Shown: one piece after another, positions 21,829 through 31,593 of the stretch
How positions within the stretch are numbered: position 1 is the stretch's first letter
How the letters are laid out: every line of letters starts with the position of its first letter
NCBI GenBank assembly: GCA_963745075.1
Contig: CAVUWV010000017.1
Location: forward strand, 123,947 to 187,946
Length of the DNA stretch: 64,000 bases
From: Candidatus Hydrogenedentota bacterium
GTDB lineage: Bacteria > Hydrogenedentota > Hydrogenedentia > Hydrogenedentales > SLHB01
Reading direction: 5' to 3'
Position numbers and translations under genes: made by a program
Notes under the pieces: generated by a model
The model's input: the letters and a program-made list of their open reading frames with translations, nothing else
Told to the model about the DNA's origin: nothing
The model's database searches: none

Positions 21829-24024
21829 ATGTACATACAGCTTATCAGCATCCACGGACTCATTCGCGGCCACGAAATCGAAATGGGCCGCGATTCCGAT
21901 ACCGGCGGGCAGGTTCGGTACGTAATCGACCTCGCCCGGACGCTCGGCCAGTTCGAGGAAGTCGAGCAAGTGGATCTCTTCACCCGTCGGATTCGCGACA
22001 AGCGTGTGTCGGCGGATTACGAGAAGACCATCGAGGAACTCGGACCCAAGGCGCGCCTCGTTCGGCTTCCCTGCGGGGGAGGCCGTTACCTTCGCAAAGA
22101 GCGCCTGTGGCCGTACCTCGATGATTTCGTCGATGGCATGATTTCGTTCACCCGGCGGGAAGGCCGGATTCCCAGTGTCGTCCACGGCCATTATGCCGAT
22201 GCCGGCTACATCGCCAATGAAGTCGCCTCCGCCTTCGCCGTGCCCTTTGTCTTTACCGGCCATTCCTTGGGACGCGACAAGAAGGCCTATCTCGAATCCC
22301 AGGGATGGTCGGAAGACGCGATGGAGAAGGAATTCCGCATCAACCATCGTATCGCCATGGAAGAACGCGCACTCGCGTCGGCGAACTTGGTGGTTACCAG
22401 CACGCGCCACGAACGGGATACGCAGTACGCCCGGTACGACAATGGCAAGGAACCCCGCTTCGAGATCATTCCACCGGGTACCAGCCTCGACCGGTTCTTT
22501 CCGTATTACGAATACGAACTCGCGCCCGATCACGTGCCCGAAGTGTACAAACAGGCGCGCATGAGCATGCAGGCGGAACTGGACCGCTTCCATTTCGAAC
22601 GGGACCGGCCCCTGATCCTCGCCATGTGCCGCCCGGATAAGCGGAAGAACATCGGCGCAATCATCGAAGCCTACGGGCGCGACAAGGAACTCCAGGCCCT
22701 CGCCAACCTTGCGATCTTCGCGGGCATCCGCAAGAATATCGCCGAAATGCCGGATAACGAACGGCAGGTATTGACGGACATCCTGCTGCACATGGACCAG
22801 TTCGACCTCTACGGCAAGATGGCGATTCCGAAACGCCACGATTCGGAACGCGAAGTGCCCGAGTTGTACCGTCTCGCCGCGTCGAAACGCGGCGCCTTCG
22901 TGAACACGGCTTTTGTGGAACCCTTCGGCCTGACGTATATCGAAGCGTCCGCCTGCGGACTGCCCTTCGTCGGCACGGAGAACGGCGGGCCTCAGGACAT
23001 CGTCCAGAACTGCGAGAGCGGCATCCTCGTCGATGTGGAAGATTATGATGCCGTCGCCGCCGCCATCAAGAAGATCCTCACCGACCGCGATCTCTGGGAG
23101 CAGTACAGCAACAACGGGATCAATCGCGTCCGCGAACATTACTCCTGGGACCACCATTGCGAGCTGTACATGAAGTCCGTCCGGGAAATCGTGGAGTCGT
23201 CTCCCAAGAGCTACGTCGCACAACAAAAAACGGAAGATGCGCCGGGCCGCCGCTTATCGAAGGTCAGCTCCGTGTTGATCACGGATATCGACAACACGCT
23301 GCTCGGCGACGATGACGCCTTGGCGCGACTTCTCGAGGTGGTCAAGGACGAACGCAACAGCCTGGCCTTCGGCGTCGCGTCCGGACGCCATTTGAACGCG
23401 GTGCTGGAAGTCATCGAAGCCCACCAGATTGATACCGTCGATGTCATTGTCTCCTCGGTGGGCACGGAGATTTACTATGGCCCGGAGCGCACCTTCGATA
23501 AGGGGTGGGCAAGCCATTTGCGCCATCGCTGGAATCGCGGTCGCATCGAAAAGGCGCTCGAAGCGTTGCCATTTCTATACATGCAGTCGGATGAGGAAAC
23601 CCAGCGCGAGTTTAAGGTCAGTTACGACCTCGACACAGACGCCATCTCGCCGGACGACGCGTTTCCTCAGATTCACGACGCACTGTATAGGACGAGTGTT
23701 CCGCATACCCTCATCTTCTCACACGGTATGTTCATCGATATTCTTCCCCAGCGCGCCTCCAAAGGGAAGGCGGTCCGTTACCTCTCCAACAAATGGAACG
23801 TGCCTCTCGAACGTATCGCCACAGCCGGTGACTCGGGCAACGATATCGACATGCTCCGCGGCCGTACGGCGGCCATTGTGGTCGGCAATTATTCCCAGGA
23901 GATGGAGCCGCTGAAAGACAGCGGTTCTCGCGTGTATTTCGCCAAAGGATGCTACGCGGAAGGCATTCTCGAAGGCCTCGAGCATTACGGGCTCATCCCG
24001 AAACAGGAGACCGTGTCCCGATGA
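21829..24024 (+). CDS. sps: Sucrose-phosphate synthase with a C-terminal HAD (sucrose-phosphatase) domain
   Basis: LISIHGLIRG..EMGRDSDTGGQVRYV, HGHYADAG, TGHSLG, EPFGLT; HAD DIDNTL, SKG, AGDSGND. Confidence 0.94.
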   Translation: MYIQLISIHGLIRGHEIEMGRDSDTGGQVRYVIDLARTLGQFEEVEQVDLFTRRIRDKRVSADYEKTIEELGPKARLVRLPCGGGRYLRKERLWPYLDDFVDGMISFTRREGRIPSVVHGHYADAGYIANEVASAFAVPFVFTGHSLGRDKKAYLESQGWSEDAMEKEFRINHRIAMEERALASANLVVTSTRHERDTQYARYDNGKEPRFEIIPPGTSLDRFFPYYEYELAPDHVPEVYKQARMSMQAELDRFHFERDRPLILAMCRPDKRKNIGAIIEAYGRDKELQALANLAIFAGIRKNIAEMPDNERQVLTDILLHMDQFDLYGKMAIPKRHDSEREVPELYRLAASKRGAFVNTAFVEPFGLTYIEASACGLPFVGTENGGPQDIVQNCESGILVDVEDYDAVAAAIKKILTDRDLWEQYSNNGINRVREHYSWDHHCELYMKSVREIVESSPKSYVAQQKTEDAPGRRLSKVSSVLITDIDNTLLGDDDALARLLEVVKDERNSLAFGVASGRHLNAVLEVIEAHQIDTVDVIVSSVGTEIYYGPERTFDKGWASHLRHRWNRGRIEKALEALPFLYMQSDEETQREFKVSYDLDTDAISPDDAFPQIHDALYRTSVPHTLIFSHGMFIDILPQRASKGKAVRYLSNKWNVPLERIATAGDSGNDIDMLRGRTAAIVVGNYSQEMEPLKDSGSRVYFAKGCYAEGILEGLEHYGLIPKQETVSR

Positions 24025-25011
24025 GTACGCAACCCCGCGTGGTGACGATGGGCGAATTACTGATCGATTTCCTGGCATCACCCCGCGTCAAACAACTCGA
24101 GGACGCCGAAAACTTTACTCCCAACGCCGGCGGAGCGCCGGCCAACGTCGCCGTCGGGGTTCGCCGCCTCGGTGTGCCCAGCGGCTTCATCGGGATGGTC
24201 GGCGACGACGCCTTCGGCCGGTTCTTGCGTCAGACGTTACAGGAACACAAAGTCGACGTTCGGTCGCTCGCAACCTCTGCGGGTCAACCGACCACCCTGG
24301 CATTCGTTGCGTTAGACTAAAAAGGGTGTTCCGGATTTCTCGTTTTACCGTCATCCGGGCGCCGATCTGTCCCTTCGGTTTTCCGACGTCGATTTGTCGG
24401 TTTTATCGGACGCCCGCGTCTTTCATTTCGGATCTCTGTCGCTTGTCGCTCCGCCTGCTGCCGATACCACGCAGGCTCTGCTGGCACTCGCCAACGAACG
24501 CGGCCTCTTCGTCACCTACGACCCCAACTACCGCGCGGCACTTTGGCCCGATGAAAACGTCGCCAATCAACGCATGGCCGAACCGCTTCCGCAGGTGCAC
24601 CTGCTCAAAGTGTCGGACGACGAACTGGAACGTTTGAGCGGTACGCGCGACGTTGCGAAGGGCTGCGCGAAACTCGCGAACGGCGGACCATCGTGCATCG
24701 TTGTGACGCGTGGGGGAGAGGGCGTGTCCGGCTGGCTATCGGGTGACCACTTCGACATCCCCGAGGAAGCGGTCGAGGTCAAAGACACCACCGGCTGCGG
24801 CGACGCACTCATGTCCGGTGTCATCGCGGGCCTCCTTCGCGCCTATCCTAATCTGGATCGGAATACGTCAATTGAAATGGAACCCTTCAAACGCGCGCTC
24901 GAATTTGCCAATTGCTGCGCAGCCCTCGCCGCAACGCAATCGGGCGCGATTCCGTCGCTGCCCACAGAGGACGATGTCCGAAAGCACTGGCCGGATCTTG
25001 AACTGCCGTGA
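24021..25011 (+). pseudogene. PfkB-family fructokinase with one +1 frameshift near 24318 (probably a sequencing error)
   Basis: GELLIDF, AGGAPANVA, VGDDAFG; after GAC-T-AAA the +1 frame continues KGVPDFSFYRHPGAD...YDPNYR...DTTGCGD. Confidence 0.85.
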
Positions 25012-25039
25012 GCTTGGCTCCGGCGAGTGGTGGCGGAAA

Positions 25040-25102
25040 ATGTAGCGCAGGCGTCCCGCCTGCTGAATCTGCGGGAAAGCAGGCGGGACGCCTACGCAAC
25101 AT
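25040..25102. repeat. REP/REPIN-like inverted repeat pair between convergent genes
   Basis: ATGTAGCGCAGGCGTCCCGCCTGC and GCAGGCGGGACGCCTACGCAACAT are reverse complements with 2 mismatches; GTAG followed by an internal palindrome. Confidence 0.65.
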
Positions 25103-25146
25103 ACGACTTCACATCGTTACCTGCACGCCCGCCGCACACTGCACGA

Positions 25147-26554
25147 TCATCGTACTCGGTTCCGAGAGCCCCGTTGTCGCACCGAACTCGAGTCTGATTC
25201 CGCCCGAGATTGAACTGCGGGCTGGCCGATCGCCCAAATGATATCGCCGGTACAGTCCCCGCCCTTGCAGCGTAGGGGCTTCGTACCGCCATCGTCGATC
25301 AGATCGGGTCCGACACTGTAGAGCACGTACCCTTCCCCGCGCCGCTCATACACGGAAGAAGCACCTGCAAATGGATCGTCGGGCATCCCATCACGCAAAT
25401 ACGGTGCCACCAATGCCAGCGCTTCCGGGTATTCCCCATGTTCCGCGTGAAATCGGGAAATCGCCAGCCCAATCTCCAGGAGCGAGGCTTGCGCTTCCAT
25501 CCGCTGCCACGCGTCGATGGACCGCAGCAGGGCCGGTGCCGTGACCTGGGTCAGGGCATAGATCACGTACGGGCCCTTTTCCGCAGTCTGTCGTGCTTGC
25601 GCGAGCAGTTCCCGTTGCCGGTCTATGTCTTTCGCCCGGACCGCGTCTACCATTGCGATCAGCACGTCGGTCATCCTGAGTTCGTTGAGCGACCACCATA
25701 GCCGGGGTCCCGCCTCATGCTGGCGGTCCCGCATGAATAGGTAATCGCCCGTCAACGTGCGAACGAAACTCTCCGGGTCGCGCAACGATCGGGTCTCGTC
25801 AAGAATCGCCGCGAACTCGTCCGGCGACACATCGGCGTCTGTGACAACCTGCTGCGCGGCCGGAAACGCGATACCCACCACAGCGATTTGAACGAGCTGA
25901 ACGATCAGCGTCCCGTTTTCTCCGAGCGTATTGGCGAGATGCAAGGTCGCGCGGACATAGGCCAGGGTAAGGTCGGTGTCCCCATCTCGCGCGGCGATCT
26001 CCGCGCGGGCGCACAGGTACCGGGCGAGACCGCGCGCCTCGGCCAGCGTCGGAAGTATCACCTCGGGATCGTTGGTCGGCGAGAGGACACCGTGATCGAA
26101 GGTTGCCGCCCTCAGAGCGACATCGAGACCAGGCTGTGCGGCCGCGAGTTTGCGCCGGACGTAGTCCTCGACCACATCCGGAGCGGGCGGCTCGTCCATC
26201 TTCATTGCGTCCGCAAAATTGTCTTTGTCGTGAAGGGCCGTATAGGGATCGAACCCTCCGTAGAGTCCGTTGGCTTTTGCGATGAGCGACCAGGCGTAGC
26301 GGTAGTAGCGTCCCGCGTCATCCTGTGCGGGAGGCAGTTCGGGCATCAATCCGTCCGCAGTGATGGTGCCGAACCGCTGGGCGAACTCCGCCCGTTGGGA
26401 CACGACCCGCCGCCACACGATCTGGTCCGCGAAGATGTAAACGATGACGAGTGCTATCACGAGCACGAGCAGAAACCGGAACGCCTTCGCACTCGAACAC
26501 GTCTCGCCGCCAGATCCCCCGATACGATGTCTCTTTCTTTGCTTCGGCTTCCAT
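25147..26554 (-). CDS. Membrane-anchored helical protein with a GspG-like C-terminus; likely frameshift near 26495
   Basis: SD plus ATG at 26554 (MEAEAKKETSYRGIWRRDVF) joins the main frame SAKAFRFLLVLV; C-terminus GEYP..L...DDPF...Y...YVLYSVGPD..DDGG. Confidence 0.6.
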
Positions 26555-26981
26555 GATGTTTCCTCGCGCTTAAGATGGCGTCCAAGCCCAACACTGTGCC
26601 ACCGCGTTGCGCAGTGGTGGTGCCCCATCCATGTACCCGTGGCTTTGGCCGGGCCATTGCGCGGCTCGTCAGATACTGCTGAAGTTCGGCGGCGGTGCCG
26701 CCGGGGACCGCTTTCGGCAGTTCAACTGCGATGACGCGTTCGCGTCGGCCATCGTTCGCGTTCTGTCTTATCCCGGCCAACCGTTTGTCCGTCTCGCGTT
26801 CCGACCACGCCGCACTCAGCGAAACCAAGATAAGCACTGCCAACGCCCAGCGCAGCGCCCGGCCCCACTTTGCCCGCTCGATGGCCGAATCCGAATCGGC
26901 CGCGGCGAGAATCCGTTGACGTAACCGTTCCGGCGGATGTACAGGCTGGAAACGGCGCAAGCGGAGTACAATCGTGTCCAT
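26457..26981 (-). CDS. Putative small anti-sigma factor (3' end uncertain)
   Basis: LRRFQPVHPPERLRQRILAA followed by one TM helix, directly after an ECF sigma. Confidence 0.55.
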   Translation of the reverse strand: MDTIVLRLRRFQPVHPPERLRQRILAAADSDSAIERAKWGRALRWALAVLILVSLSAAWSERETDKRLAGIRQNANDGRRERVIAVELPKAVPGGTAAELQQYLTSRAMARPKPRVHGWGTTTAQRGGTVLGLDAILSARKHHGSRSKERDIVSGDLAARRVRVRRRSGFCSCS

Positions 26982-27546
26982 TGTCTTCATCTCCAAGAAG
27001 TTCACGTAGTTTCGCCAAAGCGTACCGGTACCGGCTGGCCGCGGTGTTTGCCGAACACTTCATCACCCGCCCGATTTGGCGAAAGGTCATGTCTTGATAG
27101 GTTTTCAGCAGCACGACTTCGCGCTGGTCGACGGGCAGCGCGCCAAGGGCTGCGTTGATTTGTTGGCGGCTCTCCGTCTTCTCGATCGGGTCAATGGGTT
27201 CCAGAATGGACGACATCACAATCTGTCGGCTGGATCGCTCGCGCACGGCCTGACGCCGTAGCCGGTCGTAGGCGGCATTGCGCGCGGCGCGGTACATGTA
27301 GCCGACCGGGTTGCCCAATCCGAACAATTGCCGTTGCCGCCGCAGCGCGCGCTCAAACACTTCGTGCACAACGTCTTCAGCATCCACCACATCCGCGGTG
27401 ATGGCCAGGACGTAGGCATATAGTGCCGCCGCATGACGGTCGTATAGCGCCGCTATCGTGCTTTCTTCACCGGCGTTCGCATCATTCCTCAGTTCAGTCT
27501 CTCCCCGGTGCAGCGACGATGCGCGTATGGTGGTCTCGGTAACCAT
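26722..27546 (-). CDS. ECF sigma-70 factor (true ends uncertain; homology ends near 26990)
   Basis: ALYDRHAAALYAY...DAEDVVHEVF, QREVVLLK...MTFRQIG...NTAASRYRYALAKLRE. Confidence 0.88.
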   Translation of the reverse strand: MVTETTIRASSLHRGETELRNDANAGEESTIAALYDRHAAALYAYVLAITADVVDAEDVVHEVFERALRRQRQLFGLGNPVGYMYRAARNAAYDRLRRQAVRERSSRQIVMSSILEPIDPIEKTESRQQINAALGALPVDQREVVLLKTYQDMTFRQIGRVMKCSANTAASRYRYALAKLRELLGDEDNGHDCTPLAPFPACTSAGTVTSTDSRRGRFGFGHRAGKVGPGAALGVGSAYLGFAECGVVGTRDGQTVGRDKTERERWPTRTRHRS

Positions 27547-27623
27547 CGGTACTTTTCTAACGTACGACGGGACGGGATTTGTCTAAGTTGAGAATCGGAT
27601 TTTCCGGGCGCCACGTAGAATGG

Positions 27624-29573
27624 CTATTGCTTCCGTTTCCCGGGTACGCCGTAACTGTAGAGGTGCGATCCGCTGCCAAAGTAGATGCGACCGTCGAGAT
27701 AGTCGCCGCCGGGTCCGATAGGCACGGGGGAATCCGCGAACTGCGTAATTGCGTAGGCGCGTGGGTTTACTCGGGCAATGCCCTTTACGAACAGCATGTA
27801 CACGTCGCCGTCCGGGCTCTGAATGAAAACGCGCGGACCCTGGTGCGAAATGGTGGGACCCAGCGTTTCGTTGAGATCCTGCTCGTGGACCACGGTACGT
27901 GTCTTCGGGTCAAAGGCGAAGAACCGGGTTCGATCCGCGACCCCGTACACCATTCCGTTCGATGAATGGCACAGATCGGTATAGCCCTGCACGCCGGGGA
28001 AGACCGGTTCGTGCCACACAATGGACTTGCTCCGGAGATCGAGAATGTACAACTCGGCCTCTTTGCCTTTCTGCTCGCCCCCGGTACCGGGCGCAGTGGT
28101 CGATCCACCGATGATCGTGTTTCCATCGAGCGCAGCCGAGGCTCAGCGTTGCTTGCTCCGGCAATAGCTCCGTGTGTTCGACGAGTACGCGCTCGCTCGG
28201 TCTCCCGGTTCCAAAACAGTAGACCACCGCCGGTGTAGCCGTAGCCGGGCGTCCCCGCGAGAACAAGTGTCTTGCCGTCGGGGTGCGCGAGAAGGTCGTG
28301 CGGACGATGGATGGTGGGCGTGCAATCCGTCAGGAATAACGGATTACAGCCCGCTTGGCCCTTTGTTCGTCGTCCACCCATTCGCTCGCTGGGTCCCATT
28401 CGAGGAGAAAGCCGCCGCCATAACCGCCGACGAAGAAGCGGTCGCCCTGGCGCGCAACGGTGTTGCACTGTCCGTAGGCTGGCGCGGTTGACCCACGCGT
28501 CCGTCTTCGGGTTGTAGCTGAAGAACCGCATGGGGAAGGCCGTACCGCCGCAAATAGTGCCGTCGGGCGCGACGGCGACGCCCATGATGTGCGCGCCTTC
28601 GCTGGTGTAGTCGAAGGAGAGCTTCTTCGTCTCCCGGGTTTCCGGGTTTTCCACAACGAGGACCCGGTTTACGAGGTCGCAGGATTTGAGCACCTTGCCA
28701 TCGGGAAATTCCGTGTGAACGAGACTCTGACTGCCCGTGATGATGGGTTTGGGGTTCGGATCGGCCGGCTTTGTAATCGGGCGTAATCGTGCCCTTGTAC
28801 AGCTCGTACCAATCGTCGTCATTGCCGCTCCCTGAATGGCCGTAGACCTTGCCGTTCATGTCGCGGTATACCGAACCACTTCCCTTAACCCGTTCCTCCT
28901 CCGGAATCACGGGGATGGCCTCTCGCGTCTTCGGATTGAACGCGATGATCTGGCTCGCTGTGCTGCCGATGCCGAAATAGATCCAACCCGCATCGTCCGC
29001 CGCCACGTAGCGCTGGTACTGTTTCCAGTTCTGATCGTATACGTGATCCATAGTCCGTGAACTCCCGGGTCGCCGGATCGAACGAAACAACCCCGCTGTT
29101 CGGATAGGTCACCGACCAGATGACCCCGTTGTCGTCCTCCGTCATGCCCATGGCCATCTGTGGCGTGGTCTTCTCGAAGAACGTAAAGGCGCGCTTCGCC
29201 GGATCGAATTCGCAGAAATAGCTGTTGAAATGGGCGTAATACTTGTTCCGGCTCGAAAGAATCGACGCGTACGGACAGTCCCCGCCCGGCGGAAAGGGAA
29301 CCGGGTACTCCTGAGACTGTCGCCGGTTTCCGCGTCGATCATCAGCAATGCGTATCCGCCGCGATAGTCGAACAGCCACACCAGCACCACGTCGCGCCCC
29401 TCGCCATCCACTGTGGCCACGATGCCGCGGTGATTGCTGATCGGGCGTCGCGACGCCGTGGTGGAGAAAACCGTTGCCCAAGTCTTCGGTGGCGGCTCCA
29501 GCGGAAAAGGACAGGCTCGCCGATCACGAGAAAGTCCGGTGAGTACGAGATTGAAAACATTATTACGTAGCAT
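27624..29573 (-). pseudogene. Secreted beta-propeller-type protein split by many frameshifts
   Basis: At least seven overlapping ORF fragments can be stitched together; repeated propeller-like units (FCEFDP, VVSFDP, IIAFNP, FFSYNP, LLEWDP, FFAFDP). Confidence 0.65.
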
Positions 29574-29810
29574 GCCTGCCCCCTTTATGGCGTGTACAAC
29601 GGCCGATCGGCGTGGGAAACGCGAATTGCCTCAAGTGCCTATCTTTTCATCCTTGCCGAGTGGAAGCGCAAACGGAAGGCGTCGACTGGCGATACGTTGG
29701 CGAGACATCGAGCGCCGATGCCACGCGTGAAACCGTAGGTCAGTTCCAAAACGCATCGCGCGGTCGGCGACCGCGCGAGTACGAAAGATACAAGTGTGTT
29801 TTTGTACGGG

Positions 29811-30248
29811 TCAGTTCCAGCCGCGCCGACAACTCCGGCCGCAACCTTGACTATTACCGCGTCCACGTTGCTGGCCGTGTCTCCAGCGGGGGCCGCGGCG
29901 ATTGGCCCTGCCAGGCCCTGAAGCATTCCGCCCGTAGCCGCCATTCGCACATGGTTCGAAGGCCGGCAGGTGACGATCCCGCGACGCACTGCGCAAGGCC
30001 GTGAAGACCTGGATGAGTTCGAGGTTCTTCACCTTCGCCATGACCTTGTCGTAGATCGCCACGTTATCCTGTTCCGCTTGCGCGGCGGCGGCACAGGCTT
30101 CCGCCAAAGTGCAAGTACCGGGCCAACGAAATCCGTCTGCTTGCATCGATTTGCTGTGCAAAGGCAACACGATATCGATGATTGGTATACAAATATTGCA
30201 GGGCCGGGCCGGCATCGCAACTCGGATTCGACGCCGGTCCGGCCCCAC
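29811..30248 (-). pseudogene. C-terminal remnant of a ferritin-like DUF2202 protein
   Basis: TLAEACAAAAQAEQDNVAIYD...VFTALRSASRDRHLPAF followed by a Gly/Arg-rich tail; no plausible N-terminal half. Confidence 0.55.
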
Positions 30249-30272
30249 GGGCGGAGAGGGGTAATATCGATG

Positions 30273-31520
30273 CTACCGCGAGTCCCCGCTCCCGACGGGG
30301 TCCACCCGGGTCAAAGGCGGCGGTGTTGGGTGCTTCGACGGCTTGGGCTGTCTCGTAAATACCTCGTCCCAATTCACATCGGCGGTGACCTTCATCAATA
30401 CGGCCAGCGTGACCACCGATCCGATGGCGACCGTCAGCCCCGTGATGCCCTCCAGGAAGAAGCTGTACGAAAACAGGACCAGGAAGAAGATTTGTCCCGC
30501 GATGGCGACCTTCCAGGGGAATTGTCCCTTCAAGGCGGCCGACAGATAGCTCGTCACCAGCCCCACCGACACGATGGCGCAGATCACAAAGGCGATGTGA
30601 ATGCTGATGACCCCTACGAGGTACGCCAGCAGCAGGTGGAAGGCAAAGAACCCTGCTGCTACGAAAAGGTAATGCATGGGGTGGATGTTCACCTTGTACA
30701 GGATATTGATCGTCGCGACGAGCACGAAGAAGAAGAGCAGACAGACTGGAGCGAAGAACGTGATGCGCGACGTCAGCGGCCCCGGATTCAGCTTCTCCGG
30801 AATGATCACGCCGATACTTTCATGCGTAATCAGGTCGGAAGCCTTCCAGGTGAGCGCCATGCCGCCGCCCGATCGTTCGGTCGACATGGGGGAGAGGCAT
30901 CCTTCCGGATAGTCCACCGCGGCGAAATCCGTGTTCACGGTCAGGTTGAGATTCTTCACGCGTCCCGCGTTAGGATCCAGCGCATACCGCCACTCGCGAA
31001 TCCCGCGCGTTTCGTAGGTCACCCGGAACGTCGCGCTCTGGCCCGGCGCCAGTTCCACCATGTCGCCGACCCCTTCGGCGGTATTGATCGGCGTGGCGAG
31101 TTCCTCCCCATCAAGTGTCATCGAGAACGCGTCGTACGTGGCGTCCTTTGCCGGGAAGTCGAAGTGAATCCGCACTGTTTGTGCCACGGTTTCCTCGTTC
31201 GTGACGGTGTACGTGCCATCGAAGTTACAGACGTACGTCGGGTACCAGATGAGCCCCTTCTTGCGATAGTCCGCGGCAAGTTTCACCCTGATCTCGTTGT
31301 CCGTGGGAATCAGCCACCGGACCCGATCGCTTCCCGGAATCTCCACCGCGAACGTGGGGGCGGTCTGCACAATCGGTGCGCCCCATAACGCTTGCACCTG
31401 ACCGCCCAAGCGCCCACCGAACTCATTTGACCGCATCGTCGTGGTCACCCCCAGGGTCCACCATCCCACACATGCCAGCGCAAAGATCGCGGCGATGGCA
31501 ATCATTCTGTATACACTCAT
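30273..31520 (-). CDS. creD: CreD-like inner membrane protein
   Basis: N-terminal TM, periplasmic domain, about 6 C-terminal TMs with IHPMHYLFV; lies downstream of creBC. Confidence 0.7.
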   Translation of the reverse strand: MSVYRMIAIAAIFALACVGWWTLGVTTTMRSNEFGGRLGGQVQALWGAPIVQTAPTFAVEIPGSDRVRWLIPTDNEIRVKLAADYRKKGLIWYPTYVCNFDGTYTVTNEETVAQTVRIHFDFPAKDATYDAFSMTLDGEELATPINTAEGVGDMVELAPGQSATFRVTYETRGIREWRYALDPNAGRVKNLNLTVNTDFAAVDYPEGCLSPMSTERSGGGMALTWKASDLITHESIGVIIPEKLNPGPLTSRITFFAPVCLLFFFVLVATINILYKVNIHPMHYLFVAAGFFAFHLLLAYLVGVISIHIAFVICAIVSVGLVTSYLSAALKGQFPWKVAIAGQIFFLVLFSYSFFLEGITGLTVAIGSVVTLAVLMKVTADVNWDEVFTRQPKPSKHPTPPPLTRVDPVGSGDSR

Positions 31521-31593
31521 TCCGTACCTCCTTTCGGGACCATACTTGCCACGGTTACCCGCGAGGGTCCGCTCTCTGCATTTCGTTCAGGTA

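Noticed and set aside
24318..24320. Stop-codon readthrough or selenocysteine in the fructokinase
   Set aside because: The codon is TAA and homology continues in a different frame, so this is an indel and not recoding.
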